In this document: in pieces, positions 55,535 through 64,000 of the stretch
Position numbering within the stretch: the first letter of the stretch is position 1
How the letters are laid out: each line of letters opens with the position of its first letter
Assembly: GCA_003344405.1 (NCBI GenBank)
Contig: NOWV01000214.1
Span: 1-64,000 of the forward strand
From: Trichoplax sp. H2
Lineage: Eukaryota
Direction: 5' to 3'
Length of the DNA: 64,000 nt
Made by a program: the position numbers and the translations under genes
Notes under the pieces: model-generated
The model's database searches: none
What the model was told of the DNA's origin: nothing
Seen by the model: only the letters and a program-made list of their open reading frames with translations

Positions 55535-56995
55535 GTTATTCAGCATGATTTATCACCCACTCGATGATCAGTGGGATTATACTCTCGCAAGATGTCAACT
55601 ACTTAACCTTAATTAATGATGATCTTTCTATTGATATAGTTAGCATAGCCATTCATTCGCTCCCTCCATTTTTAGAAATGGTTATAATTTGACTCATCTC
55701 AGGTGATGAATACCCCTATTCAAGATGATGTAGCATATACTCGATCATCAGTAGATGATATACTCTCGCCAGATGTAAACTACTTAACCTTAACTAATGA
55801 TGGTCTTTCTATTGATATACATAGCATAGCCATTCGTTCGCTCCTCCATTTCCAAAAATGGAGGAGCGTTTGACTCATCTCAGGTGACGAATACCAGTGC
55901 TCCATACAATCCTATTTAAGATGATGTAGCATATACTGTACTGTACTCGATCATCAGTAGATGATATACTCTCGCAAGATGTCAACTACTTAACCTTAAT
56001 TAATGATGATCTTTCTATTGATATACTTAGCATAGCCATTCATTCTCTCCTCCATTTTTTGGAAATGGAGGAGAGTTTGACTCATCTCAGGTGATGAATA
56101 CCAGTGCTCCATACAATCCTATTCAACATGATGTAGCATATACTCGATCATCAGTGGATGATATACTCTCGCAAGATGTCAACTACTTAACCTTAATTAA
56201 TGATGATCTTTCTATTGATATACTTAACATAGCCATTCGTTCGCTCCTCCATTTCCAAAAATGGAGGAGCGTTTGACTCATCTCAGGTGATGAATACCAG
56301 TGCTCCATACAATCCTATTCAACATGATGTAGCATATACTCGATCATCAGTGGATGATATACTCTCGCAAGATGTAAACTGCTTAACCTTAACTAATGGT
56401 GATCTTTCTATTGATATACTTAACATAGCCATTCATTCGCTCCTCCATTTTTGGAAATGGAGGAGCGTTTGACTCATCTCAGGTGATGAATACCAGTGCT
56501 CCATACAATCCTATTTAACATGATGTAGCATATACTCGATCATCAGTAGATGATATATTCTCGCAAGATGTAAACTGCTTAACCTTAACTAATGGTGATC
56601 TTTCTGTTGATATACTTAACATAGCCATTCATTCTCTCCTCCATTTTTTGGAAATGGAGGAGCGTTTGACTCATCTCAGGTGACGAATACCAGTGCTCCA
56701 TACAATCCTATTCAACATGATGTAGCATATACTCGATCATCAGTAGATAATATACTCTCGCAAGATGTCAACTACTTAACCTTAATTAATGATGATCTTT
56801 CTATTGATATACTTAACATAGCCATTCATTCGCTCCCTCCATTTTTAGAAATGGTTATGATTTGACTCATCTCAGGTGATGAATACCCCTATTCAACATG
56901 ATATAGCATATACTCGATCATCAGTGGATGATATACTCTCGCAAGATGTCAACTAGTTAACCTTAACTAATGGATGATGATCTTTCTATTTATAT
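55535..56995. repeat. Tandem array, ~7.5 copies of a ~196-bp unit with an internal hairpin
   Basis: The anchor gactcatctcaggtga occurs at 55691, 55872, 56079, 56275, 56471, 56668 and 56864, with a decayed copy at ~55310-55390. Internal copies carry c(g/t)ctcctccattt-loop-aaatggagga(gcg/gag). Confidence 0.95.
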
Positions 56996-57841
56996 CAGCA
57001 AAATTGTTTATGCATTTAATATTCTTTTCGATGCATTCTCCAGGTTAGTCTGCATGCTATCCTGGATCGAACTCGATAGTAACGTATAGGATGCGAGCGC
57101 TATTTCCGTCATCGACCTGTACATGACGACAGGATTAGGTAACGCCTCTATTTTTAGCCATGACCTAATACCCTGGGTAAGGAATGGCCGTCTTGATACT
57201 GAACTCGGAGGGAGTCTGACTTGTAGTCAAAAATCACTCTTCAAGACTAGTGTATGGCACCCTATATTGAATGACTGAGTCCATATCAAATACCACTCAC
57301 TCATCACTCGATCTCCTGCTTGAAAAGACATGGAGAGAAAGTCTCTTAGTAGCATCCCCTTTATTTTACGTGTCACAACATCGTATTGAGTTGGAAATAG
57401 CTGCAAGAAGCGATCGAATGTAGGAACTACAGGAGGATTTAACCGACAAATTGGGTAGTCTATCGCTCCATGCATTTTCAAGGTGGCGGCCTGTGCTGCG
57501 TCATTTTCCAGTACAGACCAGTAGTATACTGTAGGATACAGTAGTGTAGACAAGGGATGCTGTATGGAGATTTCCCCAATGTGGTACAGTACCCTGGTCA
57601 AAATGGTAGCCGTCACCCCACCACAGCGTGTGACATTTATTTTGCACGTGGCAAAACGCCTCCACGCACCTGTCCGTTACGATCATGTACGGAATGCTAC
57701 CCACGAGCAGTATACACTATATCGTACAGTACGTACAGTACCATGATGGACACCTGACTCGTGGTCTGCAAAACTAATGTCACCCCGGTTGGCTTTTTTT
57801 TCTTGCCTACAGTACACTGACGTCAATGGTGGTGAGTTCTC

Positions 57842-57877
57842 GGGCCGTCCCGGTCCGGTTCGGTCCGATCCGGTCCC
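57842..57877. promoter_or_regulatory. CCGGT pentamer tract upstream of VAMP
   Basis: gggccgtcccggtccggttcggtccgatccggtccc, ~230 bp before the VAMP ATG, with a CRE-like tgacgtca at ~57818. Confidence 0.45.
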
Positions 57878-58104
57878 ATACGTACTGTAACTACAACTGC
57901 TGTCAACGGTCATTTTCTCTTCGCTTCACTCTTCGACGACCACGACCTCCCCCCCCTAAGGAAGTGATTTGCCACCCCTGCCTGGACGACTTCCATCTTG
58001 GATTGCTAATCCATTCCAACTTTGTTTCTTGATTTCTTCCACCTTTGCCCACTCTAGAAGTTGTTCTTCTCCTTTCCATCCTACTATAATCAATACGTTA
58101 AAGC

Positions 58105-58398
58105 ATGGAGTCGCACAATAACTACAATACCAACAGCAATGTGAACGCATTACAAACGCAAGTCAACGATGTCAAAGATATTTGCCGTGATAACCTGGAG
58201 AAAGTGCTAGAACGCGATGGTAAATTAAGCGATTTAGAAGGCAAATGCGATGAATTACAAGTCCAATCGATGCAATTCCACAAGACAGCCACTGCAATCA
58301 AGCGAAAATACTGGTGGAAAAACATGAAAATGTGGATTATTATCGCCGTTATCGTTATTGTCATCATTACCGTCATCATCGTGGCATCGACCACTTAA
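58105..58398 (+). CDS. Synaptobrevin/VAMP (VAMP1/2/3-like R-SNARE), intronless, 97 aa
   Basis: SNARE motif LQTQVNDVKDICRDNLEKVLERDGKLSDLEGKCDELQVQSMQF with the zero-layer Arg, juxtamembrane KRKYWWKNMK, and a C-terminal TM helix. Confidence 0.95.
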   Translation: MESHNNYNTNSNVNALQTQVNDVKDICRDNLEKVLERDGKLSDLEGKCDELQVQSMQFHKTATAIKRKYWWKNMKMWIIIAVIVIVIITVIIVASTT

Positions 58399-60814
58399 AA
58401 AAAAAAAAAATATGTTTGTATTTTTCTGTTGCTGTTTTGCAGGGATAACAATGCTACCAGTATCCTAGCGGTAACCATTTCCTATCCCATCCTACAGTAA
58501 TAGAATTCAACTATCGATCATCGATAGTAATTAATATATATATATATATTTGTGTATAAATAGATAATGTGATGTAAAGTTAACTTAATGAGTAAAGTGG
58601 AGTAATGGACAACAGCCATGCTGATCGATGAAAAGATTGGTTGAAAAAATGATTTATTGCTTTGAAGGAAGATGGCGTAGAGTCTCACTTTTTCTTGGTC
58701 TATCTAAAGTGAAAAAGAAAGCTATCAAAATGGGTGTATTGATGGAGAAGCAAGAACCGCCTGTTCTAACGGGTCTTGTCCCATTTCGTTGCATACCCTA
58801 GTTGTAGTTCTATCCAGTAGGCATGGCGCACAGTCTCATTTTACAGCCTATCGGGTGTGCAACAGAACGCCATCAAAATGGGTGTGTTGATGGAGAAGCA
58901 ACCATGGCCATCGCCTTGTTCCCATTTCTCCAATGCTATTTCCATGCTTACCGATGATGATGATGATATTGTGGTTGTTGTATCCAGTAAATTCATATTG
59001 TAAAGATGAATTGACATCGGATGGAGAATTTTTCAATATCAATCAAAGCATGCAGCAAATTCATCCTGGAGTCATGGAAATTGGACGTTATGCCATAGTA
59101 TTTTTGATCCATTTTCAGCCTGCTTTTCATTGTATCACACGACCAATTTTATGGACAATCAAAGAAATGTTTGCAGCGCTCTGTCGCCAACATGATCATT
59201 AATGTTATTATTGATAAACGACACAAGATGGTAATTAGAGATGCTTTGTTAGTTTCGATTTAGTATAGACCAGTACAGCAGGTGTACAAACTGTTGTTGT
59301 CTACAGACGATAATGATGATGGTATCCTGATATATAGTACAAATGACTCTACGGATAATTATTAATATACTACTTTGATGCGCTAAGGCCTGGATAAGGA
59401 ATGCCGACAACAAATCTTATTTTCGATCATTAATCTTAACTTATTGATGTTAACATAGCTCGTTGGATATCTTGTTAGTAATAGTAATAATCTTGATAGT
59501 AGATACGGTTTTATTACTTGTGCTTAATAGAAGACAGTCGTAATCACTACTTTAAAATTATATTCACTCAACAGTCCATCATAACATAAGAGTTATTTTA
59601 AAAATTAAAATCGGTAATGAATCCATGTTATGCTTGTATTGACACTGGGATAGAGTAGGCTTACAATTGAATTCTTTATGATATTTAATTAATTAATTAT
59701 AACTTGATACTAATCCATGTATAAATACAGTCATTCTTGCTAAGCTATATGGTCATACTTGATCAATCATCACCTACGCCATGTTTTAATTCAAAGCACT
59801 AGTACGATGAGAGATACAGTAGTTCATGGTTGAAAAAATTCCCATCCTCAACAGTATTGAACCCATTTTTACTGTTAGACACGTACAACAGTTTGTCTAG
59901 GCCTGCTCAATTTCTTCTTTATTTTGCCTTGACTTGAATGGAAGGCCTGTGGTATTTTGTAAATCAGTGGAATATTGCTGTAGTTGCATGGATACAACGC
60001 ATAACAAGCAGTACGACTCGTATTATAATTATTTTCACAGTTGTTTACCTGTTGTTTAATCTTAATATTGATACTTGTTAATTTGATGGTGAGGATACGC
60101 TGTTGTACTTTGCTTTAGCCTATTTTTTCTTCATCGTCATAGATCGGTTCTATTTGTAAGAGGTTCATTCTTTCAACACATATTAATGTCTTTCCCCATT
60201 TAAGAGAAATTTGCTATGATTGTATCGGTAAGATCAGCTGATACTGTGATCATTGTTTTTATAAAATCAACTATAGTTAAAGGTATAACTTTTACTCTGC
60301 TTGAATTAAAAAGCGCCAATTTCAGTTGGTCCTACCTACATATAACATCAATACGGACTCTATTAATAAATTCATCTTTTTTTTGGCTACTAATTGATTG
60401 AGCTTCAATGTTAATCAATATTACTAAACAGTTTAAAATAAAGCCAAATGAAGAGCATTTCTAACGTACTAGCTTGATCACCTGCATGATCTGTATAATA
60501 TGGTGTTATATTTTATACCGTTAGAATAGAAAAGTTAACCCTGAAATACGCTTATCGTCTCGCTGTGACTATATCTATCCACTAAATAGCATTCTACGGT
60601 AATGACAGTACAAGATAGATCACCTCTCTTGCACAATATGTTCAGCTTTGCTAAGTAATTGAATTAGATACCATTTTGCTTACCGGTAGCGCTGTTTTTG
60701 CTTAGTAAAGTCGACATTATCGTAGAGTTTACAATCCGTTCGATACTTGCAAGACTAAATCTGCTGCCATACTCTGCAATCTTTAATTATATATGAATAC
60801 CCCGACCAAGGTAT

Positions 60815-61680
60815 AGTAATTGATTTTCATCAGGTTTAATACCATTACTCCTCGATGAAATACTGTAAGAATTGCTTATGCTAACATCATAACATTCTAA
60901 TATTAAGTTAAATCAATCTAATAGATTAAAGATATTCTTATGCCATGGCTGTAAATCCCTCAGTTACAATTGATTGATGAATTATATGTTTAAATTATCA
61001 TTCCAAATAGGATAGACTAAGCTATAATAGTTAATTTTCATCAGATTAATATTCATCACTCCTCGATGAAATTTGGAATTGATTATGCTAATGTTTTATA
61101 ACATTCAAGTCTTTAGTACAAGTAATTTTATCGATTATAGATACTTTTATGCTATTGCTATGAATGCTTTGGTTACAGCTGATTGATTGTGTACTTAAAT
61201 TATAATTCTATGTAGAATAAATCGAACTGTACTTGACAAAGCTACAGCAATTAATTTTTATCAGGTTAATGCTCAGCACTCTTCCATAAAATAAAAATTG
61301 ATTCTACTAACGTTATAGCATTCTAATACGAATTTAATTAAATTAATCTAATAGATTAGGGGTACTCTTATGCTATTGCCAAGGATGCTTTAGCTGCAGC
61401 TAATTGATTCTGTGATTACATTATAATTAGAATTAAAATAAACCAAACCATACTTGACTAAGCTATAGTGATTAATTTTCCTTGAATTAATACTATCACT
61501 CTTCGATTAAAAAGAAATTGATTATACACACTAGCGCCACAATACTCTAATGTTGAGTTTAATCAACAGATTAAGGATATTCTTATTTTTATTGCCATGA
61601 ATACTTTAATTACAGCTAATTAATAATGTGCCTGGATTATTCTAAATAGGATATATACCAAACTATGTTCTCATTAGATG
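60815..61680. repeat. Decayed tandem repeat, ~4 copies of 210-220 bp
   Basis: ttaatttt.atcag.tta...cactc.tcgat.aaa-like motif near 60822, 61032, 61251 and 61472, each followed by related tattcttatgc.at.gc segments. Confidence 0.7.
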
Positions 61681-61769
61681 AAATAAATTAACAAGGAATG
61701 GAACTTGGCCTAAACCTTGTATTCGACTATACTTTAAATTTTTTAACGAATAGCTATTCTACGAGTGGA

Positions 61770-62080
61770 TCCTATCATAATTCACTTTTCATGCCACTCA
61801 CTCAAAAATTTAAATAAGAAACATGCTATAAAACTGTAGTATCATAGAGATCGAATACTACCACCACCATCAAATCATGTTAATAAGCACTTATTTCACG
61901 AGTCAGTCCGATCATAATTTACTTTTCGTGCTAGACATTTAAAAATTTTTATAAGCAGTATGGTATAAAATTTTAACTTTATCTAGAGATCGACTACTAC
62001 TAACATTAAACAATGTTAGTAAGCAATTATTTTACCAGTAAATCCTGTTATCATTTACCTTTCATCCAGATATTCAAAAA
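61770..62080. repeat. Decayed tandem repeat, ~2.3 copies of ~137 bp
   Basis: atcataatt.acttttc.tgc near 61776, 61911 and 62049; tagagatcga.tactac occurs twice. Confidence 0.55.
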
Positions 62081-63364
62081 CATACGCACGCAGTATTAAG
62101 TCCGAAACGCTTCTATGATTAATTGAGCTGAATATCTCTCCACCGTCAGAATATATACTCTAATATCACGTAGAAATTGACTACTACTGATGAATAATGC
62201 TCATAATCAATCCATTAGTTATTTATAACGATAGCTTTTATGAATGATAGATAAATAGAAATGACATCAAATTATCCATAAATGATTGAAAAATTTAAAG
62301 TGAATAATAAAGCCAAGTGCTAATATCCTAGGTAGACGTAGGTAAGAAATTGCTCATTATTATTATTTATAGGCATTTGATAGTGGCTATTAAATCATTC
62401 CATGAATACGGTAAAGGATCTTTATTTCGATTTAAAATTCATTTCATTCAAGATTTACAATTTTATCCTTTTTTTATATAGTTAAAAACAGGTGCAGATT
62501 ACACGATCGATTTTATGGTCGATATAAAATAATTATAATTTACAAGGTATATCTGCCTAGCTTAACATTAAAAATAATTGATCATGATATAAAACTAACA
62601 TAGAAATAATCTGTTATCTTTTACGAGTTTATAACTTCGTAAGTAATCAATTACTATAGAACATTCGTGTAATGGAGACAGCAATTAAAATAGCTGGCAA
62701 AGGCAAGTAAAGCTTATCAAGACAAAGCCATATTTCAATTACAAGAAAGCGCTTTAATATCATAAAACGTGGCAAAGCATCAGTCATTTATAAAAAATAA
62801 AAAAATATCAAGGTAGGATTATCCCTCAGCTATCCATCAAGCCATTGACGCTAAGAGGAGAGATATCAAGTTAGCAATTATGGATGGAACAAAGATTGAT
62901 GAAATAACGTAAAGCTACCAGGCATTTCTAGGTGAGATCAAGCAATTACCATAAATAATAAAAATAAAATCTTTTGACGTAGTAAACGAGGAATAATGTT
63001 CCTAATTATCTACCAGGACTGCACATGGGTCGATACTGGGTGAAAACACGTCGTTTAGAACAGACAGAAAAAGATTCATGAAGGTATCTCAATTCGGTGA
63101 GGTAGATTTAATAGATTGGTAGACGGGGTATATACGGTTAGATATTTTTTTGTAGTACTTTGCCTACCTCTTTACATAAACAACTTATATGGGTATATTC
63201 TAGAAATTGGAATGAAATATAAATTAATGGACAAGTGAAAACTTAAATCAACAGCCTATGCACAAAGGGTTACAGCAATTACGCTATCCAAAATATTTCA
63301 AAAATGATCTTCATCAACAATTTCATGTAATAGTCAGTTTTGGATATGAACAGTAGTAGCTGGT

Positions 63365-64000
63365 CTATATCAAAATAGAACCATCTAGATCATAATTGAA
63401 GGAGGCTGATTTTCCCTCCTCTGAATTCTGACTGAGAGTGCTAGGACTTCGGCTTACTTGGTAAGCTTTCGATAACAGCTGATTTATCTGCAATTTATAT
63501 TTTTCCAACGCATTCTGATCCAATCCTTTCTCGCTATAAATAGCGACCAAGGTATCCAATAATTCATACATTTTCGATGTTATAGGTACAGACTGAAATA
63601 AAATCATATCGGAATCGGATTCTTCTTTCTCTAATGTAGTTGCGGTGGTTGTCGGCATCTCACGCTCTAACGAGGAGGCTAACCCTTTAATTTTAGCCCA
63701 TGTTGCTTTAGATGGATTATCAATTAATCTCCTACAGTATTCCAAGATATTGACCAACGGATCGATATAACTAGCCAAGTGAGTGGATGAATCAGAGCGA
63801 ACCATATCGTTAACTTCTTGGCAATGTTGACGAATATCGTCGATAGTTTCATTGAGGATACGCACTGATTGACGAGTAGTTTTGCCACGCTGTAATAATT
63901 CTGCAGCATGGTGTAATCCATGGCAGGCAGTTCGACGTGCTTTCTGCTGTCCTGACAATATTAATGACTTTTCTGTACTTTGCAATGTATGCTGAGGCAA
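63365..64000 (-). CDS. Unidentified protein, 3' portion (open beyond the right edge)
   Basis: At least 211 open codons with protein-like, amphipathic helical composition in an AT-rich genome. No family recognised. Confidence 0.55.
   Translation of the reverse strand: MPQHTLQSTEKSLILSGQQKARRTACHGLHHAAELLQRGKTTRQSVRILNETIDDIRQHCQEVNDMVRSDSSTHLASYIDPLVNILEYCRRLIDNPSKATWAKIKGLASSLEREMPTTTATTLEKEESDSDMILFQSVPITSKMYELLDTLVAIYSEKGLDQNALEKYKLQINQLLSKAYQVSRSPSTLSQNSEEGKSASFNYDLDGSILI

Noticed and set aside
55535..56995. Hammerhead (minus-strand CTGATGA) or C/D snoRNA array (GTGATGA), and the 61-aa ORFs in the units
   Set aside because: There is no stem II-GAAA after CTGATGA and no suitably placed box D on the + strand. 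The ORFs are broken by stops or indels in other copies.
57227..57913. ORFs of 129, 67 and 76 aa upstream of VAMP
   Set aside because: No recognisable motifs or splice pattern; explained by locally higher GC.

Overview
AT-rich, intron-dense animal genomic DNA with short GT-AG introns. The compact gene layout and base composition suggest a placozoan (Trichoplax-like) genome, but this is an inference. Exons were assembled by hand. In order, the genes are: the 5' half of an intronless Argonaute (-, runs off the left edge), NEMF/Rqc2 (-), a complete DGCR8/Pasha homolog (+), a WD40-repeat protein (+), a second complete intronless Argonaute with an intact DEDH slicer tetrad (-), SMYD4 (-), RFC5 (-), ZSWIM7/SWS1 (+), an intronless synaptobrevin/VAMP (+), and the 3' part of an unidentified ORF (-). 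The main point of interest is a small-RNA machinery cluster (Ago ... Pasha/DGCR8 ... Ago within ~36 kb). It includes a Pasha that keeps the heme-ligand Cys, although Trichoplax adhaerens was classically described as lacking Pasha and miRNAs. There are also two young tandem arrays with hairpin-forming units, one directly upstream of the second Argonaute.
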